Virus record (IMG/VR): IMGVR_UViG_3300020048_003367
Span: 1 to 64,000 of that record
Source: a virus
Length of the DNA stretch: 64,000 nucleotides
Reading direction: 5' to 3' (one strand)
Shown piece by piece: positions 43,507 through 54,300 of this stretch. The notes under the pieces are model-generated. The model was not told the origin of the DNA and did not search any database. It was given only the letters and a program-made list of their open reading frames with translations. Made by a program: the position numbers and the translations under genes. The first letter of the stretch is position 1. Every line of letters begins with the position of its first letter.

Positions 43507-43805
43507 GTGGTTCTCTCCGGCATGTATATTTGAACTTGTCCTTTAGGCGTAATTACTGCTGGTCCAGACTTGACTCTGAGGTTCTTTATTTTCAATGTTG
43601 CGTGCTCTGGATCAACTAGTTCAAACCGTACTTGGTACTTACCGATTGGTGCTTGTATCTGTATCATTTCTTCAAGGTACGTATCATGCCAGATCCAGGT
43701 TCGCTCAGTAAACAACTCATCATTTACGTAACAACGATAGCGAGGATGTGGGCCAGTCCACTTGCAGTGTACATCACATTCAACAATAACAAATTCTGTT
43801 TGCAT
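43503..43805 (-). CDS. Hypothetical protein
   Basis: TAAATA 6 nt before ATG. Confidence 0.7.
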   Translation of the reverse strand: MQTEFVIVECDVHCKWTGPHPRYRCYVNDELFTERTWIWHDTYLEEMIQIQAPIGKYQVRFELVDPEHATLKIKNLRVKSGPAVITPKGQVQIYMPERTT

Positions 43806-43811
43806 AAAGTA

Positions 43812-43839
43812 TATTTAGTAAAATAGCAGCCTATAAATA
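43812..43839. promoter_or_regulatory. Back-to-back T4-late-type promoters
   Basis: TAAATA (-) 43812-43817 and TATAAATA (+) 43832-43839. Confidence 0.75.
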
Positions 43840-43844
43840 TCACA

Positions 43845-44849
43845 ATGTTAACACTTGATCAAATACGCCGAGTTCATGTAGAACTATCCACTAGATGCAA
43901 TTCTAGGTGCCCTATGTGCCCTAGAAACTATCGGGGATTAGATTATAATTCAGGATATCCTATTTGTGACATGAGTCTTGAAGATTTTCAACATATTATT
44001 ACTCCAATTCTGCACCAACTAAAACTTAACAAATCTTATGGGGTAAATTTCAACGGCAATCTTGGAGATTTTGCCCTGGCTCGAGATGGGTCTGAAATAG
44101 TAAACTGGCTTGCTGATAATCAAGTGCGTATCAGCATCAATACCAACGGCAGTCTACGTTCACCAGCTTGGTGGGCAAGCTTGGCTCGGACCGGGATACA
44201 GATTGGGTTTGCGCTAGATGGCTTAGCTGATACTCATGCCCTATATCGACAAGATACTGATTGGAATCGTGTGATCGAAAACGCCAAAGCTTTTATTGCA
44301 GCAGGAGGCCACGCAATATGGAGATTTGTACCGTTTGATCACAATCGAGCCCAGGAAGCTGCATGTAGAAAATTAGCAATTGATCTTGGATTTGCAGGGT
44401 TTGAAAACATATACGATGGTCGCGATGCAGGACCTGTATACACTCGTGATGGTGAGTTTTCACACTGGCTAGGGCCCGAGTCTAATCCACCACCTATAGA
44501 TGCATTGTTAGAGAGCCATAAAACATGGTTCAATCATAAAACTATACGCATTGAGAAAGATACTACTGATTTGAATTTGCGATGCCAACACTTGGTGAAT
44601 CAAGAGATTTATATTGCGGCCGACGGATCTGTCTATCCTTGTTGTTATCTGGGATTTTATCCCAAAAAGATGCAGCATCCAGGCAACGAACAATTAGTGG
44701 ACATGGTTCAAGAAAACAATGCACTGGAATATGACCTGGCACACTGCATGAACTGGTTCGCTCAAGTTGAGCAATCGTGGCATCAAGATAGCATTGCCAA
44801 TGGCAGATTGTATGCGTGCGTGAACAGTTGCAATCAAGGACAAACATAA
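43845..44849 (+). CDS. Radical SAM/SPASM-twitch protein
   Basis: CNSRCPMC, TNGS, DGSVYPCC, C...C. Confidence 0.88.
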   Translation: MLTLDQIRRVHVELSTRCNSRCPMCPRNYRGLDYNSGYPICDMSLEDFQHIITPILHQLKLNKSYGVNFNGNLGDFALARDGSEIVNWLADNQVRISINTNGSLRSPAWWASLARTGIQIGFALDGLADTHALYRQDTDWNRVIENAKAFIAAGGHAIWRFVPFDHNRAQEAACRKLAIDLGFAGFENIYDGRDAGPVYTRDGEFSHWLGPESNPPPIDALLESHKTWFNHKTIRIEKDTTDLNLRCQHLVNQEIYIAADGSVYPCCYLGFYPKKMQHPGNEQLVDMVQENNALEYDLAHCMNWFAQVEQSWHQDSIANGRLYACVNSCNQGQT

Positions 44850-45424
44850 TGTATTCACAAATAACCGTTTTACCAGTAGAAGAACGTGGATTTAGTTCCA
44901 TTACTGGGACCGAACATCTACGTAGCCAATTACCTGCATTGTTTGCACAACACAATATTTCCAGTATGTTTGATGCAGGGGCAAACGATGCTGCGTGGCA
45001 AGCAGTTACTCTGCCCAACATTGTCAAGTATTCTGCAGGCGAATTAAATGCGCCAATAGTTGCTATTGCCAAATCAACGTATCCTGACTTGAATATTGTT
45101 GTTCATGACGTCACAGCTAGTACATTGCCACAAGTAGATCTGTTGTTTGTGAGAGACGTTGCAATTCATCTCAACACCAAAAGCAAATACGAAATGATTC
45201 AACGCTGGAAGGAAAGTTCAATTCCGTGGATCTTGATGACACAATTGTCCTACGCGACAGAAAATACAGACTTCGAATACCTTCCTGGTAGACCAGTACA
45301 GTTTGCAGAAATTAATTGGTTGTTACCTCCTTGGTCGTGGCCTGAACCAGTTGCATCAATAACTGAGATGCCCGACGGGAATAGGTACATGAGCTTGTGG
45401 CATCGGGATCAAATATGGCCGTAA
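44849..45424 (+). CDS. Class I SAM methyltransferase-like protein
   Basis: MFDAGA.D, LPQVDLLFVRDV.IHL. Confidence 0.75.
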   Translation: MYSQITVLPVEERGFSSITGTEHLRSQLPALFAQHNISSMFDAGANDAAWQAVTLPNIVKYSAGELNAPIVAIAKSTYPDLNIVVHDVTASTLPQVDLLFVRDVAIHLNTKSKYEMIQRWKESSIPWILMTQLSYATENTDFEYLPGRPVQFAEINWLLPPWSWPEPVASITEMPDGNRYMSLWHRDQIWP

Positions 45425-46281
45425 CGAGAGTTTTATTTCTGGCCAAGTACAGAGTGCCACATGCTGCATTTGCTATGCAGTTTGATCACTTTCTTGAAGG
45501 TGTTGACCGCACAGTTATTGCTACGCCTATGAGTCGAGAAGAACTAGAGCCAGTTTGGCGCAAGTACGATATAGACAGTAGCCAATTTGAATACGTCAAT
45601 GACAGTGTGATCTATGAGTTGTACCCCGAAGTCAACAACTGGATATTCAAGGACGATTACCGAGGTTGGTGGTTACGCCAGCAAGCAATCAAGTTGGCTT
45701 ACCTGGACTACCTGGACGCAGAAGTTATACTCATGCATGACGCAGACACATTTGCAATCAAGCCGTACTGTTGTTACAAAAACAACAAGTTGAATCTATT
45801 GAGTATTGTCAACACCACACAAGATAGTTATACAGGGGTGTTTGAATCCATAACTGGAATCCCGCATCCTAGTCCTCACTGTTTTATTACCGAGCTGTGT
45901 GCTGTTCGCAAAGTAGATTTTGTAGCACTCAAGCAGCACATCAGTCAGAGATGGCCTGACAAAAAATGGCTCAATGCTATCATTGATGCTGTCCCAGGCA
46001 TGCCTACTGTCCCACCATGGGGCACAGGTAATATAATCAAATGGTTTAGCGAATATGAGTTATTGGGTAATTGGGCAGTGACTCGGGGCAATACCACCTA
46101 CCAAGAACAACAACGATATGAATATTCTCAATTAACCAATATTGCCAACTTTGGCGCTGAGCATACCGCAGTATGTGACGCCATTCCTGATCTAAGTCTT
46201 AGTATGCAAATAGACTGGGATACTTTAGAAATTCCAGGATTTGATCAATATCTTGAGTCTGTAAAAAAATGTTTAAACTAA
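45415..46281 (+). CDS. DUF6492-like, GT-A-like protein
   Basis: GWWLRQQAIKL, DADT, FSEYELLG. Confidence 0.7.
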   Translation: MAVTRVLFLAKYRVPHAAFAMQFDHFLEGVDRTVIATPMSREELEPVWRKYDIDSSQFEYVNDSVIYELYPEVNNWIFKDDYRGWWLRQQAIKLAYLDYLDAEVILMHDADTFAIKPYCCYKNNKLNLLSIVNTTQDSYTGVFESITGIPHPSPHCFITELCAVRKVDFVALKQHISQRWPDKKWLNAIIDAVPGMPTVPPWGTGNIIKWFSEYELLGNWAVTRGNTTYQEQQRYEYSQLTNIANFGAEHTAVCDAIPDLSLSMQIDWDTLEIPGFDQYLESVKKCLN

Positions 46282-47372
46282 AATTTCGTTATCCTATTTA
46301 CAATCCCTGTATTGACTCAGTAGATGTAGCCGCCGACTGGGGCGAGTTTGATACTACTCAGTGTCGTCAGACAGCACTTGGCAAACCGTTTAGTATAGCA
46401 GCAATGCGTGTATTTTATGATGAGCCTTGGATTTTTAATTTTGACCCTGAGATTGCTGCCATTGATGTAAGTGAGTTTGATTTGGTACTGTTAAGTGATA
46501 TAGAGTATTATTCACAGCGCCAAATTCAGGAATGGGCGCAGCGCAAAGGGATCAAAAAATATGTACTGGCATTAGGCGGCCTTACTGATGAGACGCTGGC
46601 CGATAATGTTATATATCGTCCGTACTGGGCTGACGTGTATCTCAGGGCTGATCAACCCAGTGAGTTAAATTGCACTGTACGGCCCTATATGTTTGACTGC
46701 CTACTAGGTGCCCGCAGGCCGCATCGCGATTATGCAATGTTGGCATTAACACGCACTGGATTACTTGATCAAAATATAGTAACTTATCGTGACTGTTTTC
46801 CTGGTTCAGTCGTAGATGAAACTTCTGAAGCTTTTGCAAAGTTATTCCCTGACGTTAAATTAAACTGGCCTTATGTGAGTCCAAATCTTGTGCCAGAATG
46901 GGAAATTAGCAATCAAGTGACCAATCAGGCAAATCTTGTGAGTCCGATTGAGATATTTCGACAAACAAATTATAGTATTCTAGCAGAAACACTTGGTACC
47001 GGTAACGGTTTTTTCTTGAGCGAAAAAACCACAAAGTACATGCATGCATACAGGCCCTTTATAGTATTTGGGCCCAGGCATCATTTACGCAGATTAAATG
47101 AAATGGGCTTTCAAACATTTGACGCTGCTATAGACGAAAGCTACGATGACGAACCAATTGATTCGTTACGATTTCAAAAGGCTATGTTACAGGTGATTCG
47201 CTTGGCTTATTTTGAGCCTGTTGAATCTGTCTATAACAAAATACAATATGCCTTGGAAAATAATGCAAGGCATCTTGTTTATATAGGAACACAAACAAAA
47301 GCAGCTATGGCACGGTTACTAACAAATCACATTAGTTCGACACATTATTATCTATTAGAAATTCCTGAGTAA
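46269..47372 (+). CDS. Putative glycosyltransferase-like protein
   Basis: RPHR, ET..FFLSEKT.K, PFIV.G, GFQTF..IDESYD. Confidence 0.55.
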   Translation: MFKLKFRYPIYNPCIDSVDVAADWGEFDTTQCRQTALGKPFSIAAMRVFYDEPWIFNFDPEIAAIDVSEFDLVLLSDIEYYSQRQIQEWAQRKGIKKYVLALGGLTDETLADNVIYRPYWADVYLRADQPSELNCTVRPYMFDCLLGARRPHRDYAMLALTRTGLLDQNIVTYRDCFPGSVVDETSEAFAKLFPDVKLNWPYVSPNLVPEWEISNQVTNQANLVSPIEIFRQTNYSILAETLGTGNGFFLSEKTTKYMHAYRPFIVFGPRHHLRRLNEMGFQTFDAAIDESYDDEPIDSLRFQKAMLQVIRLAYFEPVESVYNKIQYALENNARHLVYIGTQTKAAMARLLTNHISSTHYYLLEIPE

Positions 47373-48159
47373 TACGACGATAGTAGTTTTCCGCAATAAT
47401 TTCTTGTCCACGGCGGCCGGAATGATATCCTGGATCCTCGCCTTCAAAGCTGTTGTTTCCACATATGGGCAATACTGACTCGGGCTCATTAAACATTACA
47501 TATTTGTCAGGTATGGCCTGAGTAATTGTTTCTCTCCATTGCTGTGGTCCTAGGGCAGGATCATAAGGCCATAATAACACAGGCACAAACAAAAAGTTGA
47601 TACCTGCGTGATACAGTTCGTAAATGCCAGACTTGATGATCCACTCGTCTTGCTGTTTTTTCCAGTTACTATCGTAAATTCCGTCAATATAATGTCTTAC
47701 AGCAGTCTGTGCTGTTTTGCTAATCAGGCCTGATCTGTAAGGATGTTTAAAGTTTTCTGCTAAGGTATAAATGGTTTCGCATATCATGTTGTAGTTGTTG
47801 TTGCCATAGTTGACATTGTTGATGCCATCAGTTCGATCATATCCATTCTTGATTGTGCGGTCTTGCAGGTGATGTTGTATTGCTGGATTCCACCCATCTG
47901 TGCTCTTGCTCCAGTCGAACGGTGCTGCCACTGCCGGGATTTCCATCCTGTCCCAGAATGTTGGAGTTATAATAGCAAAATCGGGGCGCTGTCTCAAGAT
48001 TTCATCAATTTGTACTCTTACTCCGCCATTGCTGCAACCCTGCCGTGCTAGATTTTCTAAATCCCAGCCCAGTTGCTGAGCCAAAACTTCACTCCAGGCA
48101 GTACCCGGATGTGTGCTGCTGACAGCACTAAAGCTGCATCCTGCTATCATCAATTTCAT
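47332..48159 (-). CDS. SGNH-like protein
   Basis: IAGCSFS, NLARQGCSN, C-terminal YH...GQE.IA. Confidence 0.7.
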   Translation of the reverse strand: MKLMIAGCSFSAVSSTHPGTAWSEVLAQQLGWDLENLARQGCSNGGVRVQIDEILRQRPDFAIITPTFWDRMEIPAVAAPFDWSKSTDGWNPAIQHHLQDRTIKNGYDRTDGINNVNYGNNNYNMICETIYTLAENFKHPYRSGLISKTAQTAVRHYIDGIYDSNWKKQQDEWIIKSGIYELYHAGINFLFVPVLLWPYDPALGPQQWRETITQAIPDKYVMFNEPESVLPICGNNSFEGEDPGYHSGRRGQEIIAENYYRRITQEFLIDNNVSN

Positions 48160-48668
48160 TTTGATTCCTTGTAACTATTTTGGTGCTGCTTGTTGTGGAA
48201 GCTAGAGATGATTTCACCATGCATGGGCAACTCGTCTAGACTGTATGTGCCTTGGGGTATTGTGTATGTTGTACCATGCCCTGGTTTGTCAAAAGTAATC
48301 AAGTTGGGGTGGTGTTTAACTGCGTCATGAACTACTCGGTGATGTATGTGTCCATAATCGCCATGCTCGTCGTGTGTTAGCACTAGGTCGTATTGTCGAG
48401 CAAGACCTGCGCATTCAGCCATGGCATCAATACCGTACCATTGCAATAATTGTTGCTGTTCTTGATCATGATAGTCATCCACAAAGCCAAGAAACACACA
48501 AGGTATGTTTCTACTTTGCCAAAACGCTGCTAGTTCGGCTCCACGAGGATCATTGGCAGTATAGGTTAGATAGCCAATAGTCCAATCATGCTCGGGATGA
48601 TTGTGAATGTAACTGTACGCAAATATCACACAGTCGTCAGGATGAGCAACAAGGCACAATGCTTTCAT
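48156..48668 (-). CDS. PIG-L/LmbE family deacetylase
   Basis: VAHPDD, TH..HGDYGHIHH. Confidence 0.85.
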   Translation of the reverse strand: MKALCLVAHPDDCVIFAYSYIHNHPEHDWTIGYLTYTANDPRGAELAAFWQSRNIPCVFLGFVDDYHDQEQQQLLQWYGIDAMAECAGLARQYDLVLTHDEHGDYGHIHHRVVHDAVKHHPNLITFDKPGHGTTYTIPQGTYSLDELPMHGEIISSFHNKQHQNSYKESK

Positions 48669-49504
48669 AATCGCTCAGCCTCTTGAATTCCACGATCAAT
48701 CAAGAAGTTCTTGTACTGCTGCTGCTGCACATCAAATAGCTTTTGCCATGCGTTTCTGTGTACACTTACAGTAAGAGTTTGTTCTTGATGCATTTCTTCA
48801 AGTTTGCGGTCCCAGGCAGCAACTTCACTGTGACACACATTGACGGGCCGGAACTGCAATTGATCAGAATAAAACATGTCAAAGCTGCCAAACTTGTGTT
48901 GCACGTATCCCGAATACAACATGAATTCAGTCAGTTTGCCATTGCCCTGAAACCAACGAGGGAAGCCGCGTCCAGTTAGAAATGATATTTCTCCAATCAT
49001 GAGTCTCACTGTGTCGTTTTGCAGCATGAAAGGTACGCCGCCGGGGCCTAGTTGCTGCGTCATGTTGATTTTGAACAAGTCATTTACAATTAATCTAGCT
49101 GATTCAAAGACAGGAAATGTTGCCATTCTGCCAACACAGGCACGGCCTTGCGAATCAATCAGTTCTGTTAATTTGACGTCACGGACAAATATGGTCTTGG
49201 CATCTAGTACCATGCTCCAGATATTATAGCTCATTGATGCAGCTAGCAATTTCAGCACCTGTTGACTGACCCAACCATGCTGAACAAACTCTGTACTAAA
49301 CGCACTACGCGGAATTACCAGTACATGATTGGCCAAGTCTCCCCACCAACCGGCATCAATTTTATGAATAGTGTCATCATCATCGTTGACCACAACATAA
49401 ATGTTACGAATGCCAATGTTTTGACAATACCGTGCTACACTAGCAGCTTGTATTTTTAGAATAGGGAGTTCGTCTTGGAAGACTACTGTAACAAGATCAA
49501 TCAT
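48665..49504 (-). CDS. DUF6492-like, GT-A-like protein
   Basis: GWVSQQVLKL, VLDAK, TEFMLY. Confidence 0.7.
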   Translation of the reverse strand: MIDLVTVVFQDELPILKIQAASVARYCQNIGIRNIYVVVNDDDDTIHKIDAGWWGDLANHVLVIPRSAFSTEFVQHGWVSQQVLKLLAASMSYNIWSMVLDAKTIFVRDVKLTELIDSQGRACVGRMATFPVFESARLIVNDLFKINMTQQLGPGGVPFMLQNDTVRLMIGEISFLTGRGFPRWFQGNGKLTEFMLYSGYVQHKFGSFDMFYSDQLQFRPVNVCHSEVAAWDRKLEEMHQEQTLTVSVHRNAWQKLFDVQQQQYKNFLIDRGIQEAERL

Positions 49505-49531
49505 GCAATTATGTAGCACAATTGACAGTGG

Positions 49532-49732
49532 CTATGCTACTTTATTGACGTTGGTAATTGACGCATCTTTACCGTACTGAGCTAGTAGTAGGGCACGAGC
49601 CATGCTGGGATTCTTGGCAAACACTGCCACTTCCATGGAGTTGTTGTACAAAGGGTTCTTGACTTTGACCCAGGCAGAATACACATTGAACCCTGCTGGT
49701 ATGGCTTCTTGTAAAAACTCTGTTGCTCGCAT
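49532..49732 (-). CDS. Small protein with MRATEF N-terminus
   Basis: Start reset to ATG 5 nt after TAAATA. Confidence 0.7.
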   Translation of the reverse strand: MRATEFLQEAIPAGFNVYSAWVKVKNPLYNNSMEVAVFAKNPSMARALLLAQYGKDASITNVNKVA

Positions 49733-49740
49733 ACAGTTAT

Positions 49741-50325
49741 TTATCGCTTTTTCTCTGACAGACCATTCATGTGTCCCTTTACCCATCCGTTTGATATCCA
49801 ATTCTGAACTTCTGTCTCGGGGACCCTTTTTCTTTGTGTACCGTTATTGATCCAAACAGTTTTTTTGAATAGGCCGTTGTTATAAGAATCACGTTTTTGT
49901 CCTATGCGAGATTGATTATTTGCTCTCCAACTTTCTCTACACTTCTCTTTTTGCTCGTCAGATGCTTTGGCCCACCAGGGATTTTTCTTTATTGATTCTC
50001 GTATTTTTTGTTTAACGTGTTCTGGGGTAGATTTTCTTTTGCCAACTTGCGATCCTTTGCCGCCCGACGATACATTGTATCCATTTGGATATCGAGTTTT
50101 GTGCTCGACAATAAACTCGGGTTCAAGCTGATACGCTTCATCCATTGTTTCGCATTCGTATATGGACTCTATAGAAAAGTTTTCTTTACCATATTTTCTA
50201 ATAGCTTTACTAATAACGTTACGATCGTATAGATGGCTTTTCCATCTTTCTTGAAGTGAGTTGTTAGTTACTCCTACATACTGTTTATTGTTTACTTTGT
50301 TTGTGATGATATAGACGTGTGCCAT
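49741..50325 (-). CDS. GIY-YIG homing endonuclease (Seg-like)
   Basis: VYIITN..N.K.YVG.T, R..H, GYN, WINNG. Confidence 0.88.
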   Translation of the reverse strand: MAHVYIITNKVNNKQYVGVTNNSLQERWKSHLYDRNVISKAIRKYGKENFSIESIYECETMDEAYQLEPEFIVEHKTRYPNGYNVSSGGKGSQVGKRKSTPEHVKQKIRESIKKNPWWAKASDEQKEKCRESWRANNQSRIGQKRDSYNNGLFKKTVWINNGTQRKRVPETEVQNWISNGWVKGHMNGLSEKKR

Positions 50326-50332
50326 AGTACTA

Positions 50333-50881
50333 TTATTTAGCACGGCCTCGCCTCATATTCGCCTGCCATCTGGCTAGCTGCGCTTTACGTCCTGAGCCAT
50401 TGCCTATTTTATCTAACTGTGCCATTGAGGCGTGCTTTGGGATACCGTGACGCTTGCTGTCGCCCTTGTCTTGTGGATTCTTACCATCTGCAAAGTTTTC
50501 ATTCAGGTGTGTGAGCGCTTGTTCAAGTCCAGGATGCAGTGGGCTAGGCCATTCACCAGGCTCTACCCAGCACCAATCTTTGCTTTCGTAATTGATCTTG
50601 GGCTCAAACTCTTCGGGGACTCTGGCAACAAATGTTGCATACCTAGAGTTCTTGTGCAGCGGTTCCAGCGTCATGTTACCGGTGTATCCACCTTCTTCCT
50701 CAAGCTCTCTACGCACAGCTTGTTCCAGCGTTTCGCCAGGTTCAACACCACCACCCCATGCTGCCCAAACACCTGGATCATCCACTGCATCACTGCGTTG
50801 TTGAAAGCACCAGCGGCCAGTGTCTTCTGCTACGATTACGCAGCCAGCTGATTCGGGTTGTGTAAATTCTTGTGCTCTCAT
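50333..50881 (-). CDS. NUDIX hydrolase with basic C-terminal module
   Basis: GGGVEPGETLEQAVRRELEEEGG Nudix box; MRAQEF start. Confidence 0.88.
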   Translation of the reverse strand: MRAQEFTQPESAGCVIVAEDTGRWCFQQRSDAVDDPGVWAAWGGGVEPGETLEQAVRRELEEEGGYTGNMTLEPLHKNSRYATFVARVPEEFEPKINYESKDWCWVEPGEWPSPLHPGLEQALTHLNENFADGKNPQDKGDSKRHGIPKHASMAQLDKIGNGSGRKAQLARWQANMRRGRAK

Positions 50882-51357
50882 GCTATAGCTTTTTTTATAC
50901 GTTGCCAAACACTGGGAGGAGTAGATGGTTTAACAGGGGTAGCTGGCTCAGGTGGTTGTTTAACACTACCAGACAATCCCTTCCACATGCTTTTTCCCAT
51001 GTCAGTCTGCAATTCACTAGGACGAATATCATTACCAAGACTATTGGCATATTGATACATTACTTTAGACAAGCCTTGTCCTCTGTTGGCAGGATTTACA
51101 TAAGTGTAAACAGATTCAAGATATTGTTCGCCATCTTCCTTGCGAGACTTGACAAGAAAATCTACCCAGGCCAATTCTTTTTTTGTTTGTTGATCAAACA
51201 ACTTGACATGCAAGACATCGGCGGTGTGAGATCCGTACTGTCGTGTTTCCCCTGAGCTGGTAAGTAACCACTGGGCCCCTACCAATTGCTGATCTTTAAA
51301 ACCAGTTTTTGTAGTATCAGGATTTATTTTTTCTCCGACAAATTCTTCAGCTCGCAT
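50878..51357 (-). CDS. GNAT acetyltransferase-like protein
   Basis: YVNPANRGQGLSK.MY motif A; MRAEEF start. Confidence 0.75.
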   Translation of the reverse strand: MRAEEFVGEKINPDTTKTGFKDQQLVGAQWLLTSSGETRQYGSHTADVLHVKLFDQQTKKELAWVDFLVKSRKEDGEQYLESVYTYVNPANRGQGLSKVMYQYANSLGNDIRPSELQTDMGKSMWKGLSGSVKQPPEPATPVKPSTPPSVWQRIKKAIA

Positions 51358-54300
51358 TATGGCTCCATCACAGGCGCAACTGTAACACCGCCCTGCATGG
51401 CACCTGGGTGTTGTCTCAACCAGTCCATGGCCACACGGTTAGCATCACTTTGTACATTACCTATACCCGAGAATCGGTGTATTTCGTTGCCCTGTGGATC
51501 AAGAATTTGCCATGTGCCACGGAATGTCTGCTGCGGCTGTCCAGGACGAGTCAGGGTTTGCGGCGCTGGTGCTGTGCCAGGTGCCACGTCAACAATGCCA
51601 CCTTGTGCCGCGTCAGCAGATGATTGACGCTGACGTTGTAGATCGATTGTGCTGCCTGGAATAGGTTCGCTGGCAGTTTGACGAGTTCTCACACCATATA
51701 GTTCTGGAGCTTCTCCACGCAGACCCAGGACAGTAATAGCTTCTGCTTCTGCTCCGGCCCTGTTAGTATGCTCTAGTTCTCTTACAGCAGTGTTGTCGCT
51801 GCGTCTATAAATTTGCCATGGTCCGGGTCCGGTTGGCACTAGGTTACGTTGCTGTACTGGGCGGCCTACTGGTGCGCCCAGTGCTTGATAGTCTGCAGGA
51901 ATTTCACGAACTTCAATGTCGCTTCGCATGTCTGATCTCTCTGCACGAGTGTTTGACAAGAACTGTTCAGCAGCTTCACGACTTGGAAATCTGCGCAACA
52001 CACTGTGGTCCAATTGCCCGGGAGATCTAACAAAGCGGTCTGCATTAGTTATCCAGATACCCCAGTTGCCAGTGCCCGGTGCAGCAGCAGGCTTTGGCTC
52101 AGGTTCTTCGTATGGTCGCAACATTGTGACTTTGGCTATGGCCAATTGTGATTCTGGAACATTCCATTCTTCGGCAGCAACTTGACGTGCTACCTCTTTG
52201 GAACCAGCAACAACTTCCATTCTTCGGTTGGCGTCCCATTGAACATTCCACCAATATTTTTGTCCTGCTGGCGTTTTACCTTTGGCAAAATTTCGTGCCA
52301 ATTGCTTTTCACGCACCTGACGGATTAGTGCAGCTTTGTCTAGCTCACCGGCCGAGTAGTTGGCAAACAGTTGTAGAATATCCGGGCCACCTTTTTCTTG
52401 CGAGCCTTCCAGCAGCTTGTATAATTTTTTCAAGTATTCTTGACGATATGCTGCAGGGTCAATAGCAGCACTCAAGGCCACTGTAAATCTCATAAGTGTG
52501 TCTTCAATCTTGCTGAAGTTTGAGTCTAACCAATCACCACCCGGACTACGAAACTCGATGTACCCAGTCTTGGTATTAATACTGGTGTACTTGTCAGTGA
52601 TACCTGTGTGGATGGCCTTGGTAGCAAGGTCTTCCATGTGCTCACGCATCTTGCTCATCACCTGAGGAGCAACATCGGGATTCTTTTGCAGCATGCCTTT
52701 GATCTTGCTGATTGCTGATTTAGCATAGGTGTTGCCTGAACGATCAAACAATTCCAACACATACTCGTCGCCCATGAGCAAGGCCAGTTTAACATAGTCC
52801 AGCTTTTCAAGACTATAGTTAGGCACTGAAATGTTAATGTGCAAGCCAGTGCTTTCGTTGGTATAGCAACCAGTCTTGTCTGCCCAAGCCTTGACCTTGT
52901 TCAGATCTGAGATCATTTCATCTATGGGCATGGGAGGACTCACAAACTCTAGACCTTCATCACCGGGATTGTCGCCTTGCAAACTGCCGTCGGGTTCCAC
53001 CACATAAGTTCCTGCTTCTCGACGTCCACCATGATACTGCCTGCTGGCGTTGACTGGCTTGCCCATATAACTGGAGAATTCGTCAGCCACTTGATCTATG
53101 TCTGCACCTTCGCGGTCAGCGTTCATGTCAGTGTAATAAGGCCATGAAATATCAAAGCCGTTTTCAATGTCAGTCATGCGGGGATACTTGTCATCCAAGA
53201 AACTGCGTTCGTCGTATTCGTCTCTTTGCTCGTCGGAGAACGCTTCAAATGCGTCATCGTAGATACGGCCTTGACTTTCGAGCTCGCTAGCAGCAAACTC
53301 ACGTTCCATCTCGTCTAGTCTGGCACTGATAAGTTGTTGGAAGTCTTCACTTTCTTGTGGTAGGTCGGGGTTGGCGTCCATGATCTCATCTCGAGCCTGA
53401 GCCATGGCTTCATCACGATCAAACAAGTCATTGAGTGAAATATAGTCCGTTATGAACTCTAGGCCATCGCGGGCCCACGATTCAGCAGTTTGCTCATATT
53501 GCCACTCTTGAAATTCGTTTTGTATTTCTTCCAACAAATTATCTGCATCGCGACGAGTGTTGTAGTCACCATCATGGAAGAAGCTTCTGATGTCTTCAAA
53601 GCTTCTGGTGCGTGTATCTTGGTCGTAGTCAGCTTCGTAATCAGGCTCTTGTTCATCAACCCCAACATCAGGCACAATCATTTCAAATTCCATGCCTGCT
53701 TGTGCGCCAGTTCTAGCAGCTTCGGCTCGCAGGTTTTTGCCAGTCATTTTGATTTCGCTCAAGTACTCAGTTTCCAACAGTGCGAATTCTTGACGAAGGC
53801 TTTCGGCCAGTTCTTCTTGAAAACTTTCTGTCACAGCTACATTTCCCATTCTAGCCAATTCGTATGTAACTAGATTACCACTATCTGCTCTGTATGCTCG
53901 ATAGCCCCATGCTTTGCTATAACGCTGAACTAATCTATCATATAACTTAGCACGACTTTCAGGATTTGGCTGAGGCTCACCTGGTTCATAATGAATAGTT
54001 GGATCAGTTTCTTTGCTTGCCGAGAACGTCAATCTTGCGGGTTTGTACTCTTTGACATATTGTTGAATAGCAGATAATACTGTAGCAAAAATACGCGTTG
54101 CGTCACCTTCACTAGTAACTTCTTGACTATTGTTTCTATAAAACTCGACTTGAACAGCTTCATCACCTTCATCATTTGTCTGTTTATTGAACATGATGTT
54201 TAGTGGGCCCCCGTCCGGTAATCTAGCCAATGCGTCAACATCGCCATACGCAGTCTTTTCCCATGTGAAAGGGTATGGTTGGTCAAATGCTTCATTAACA

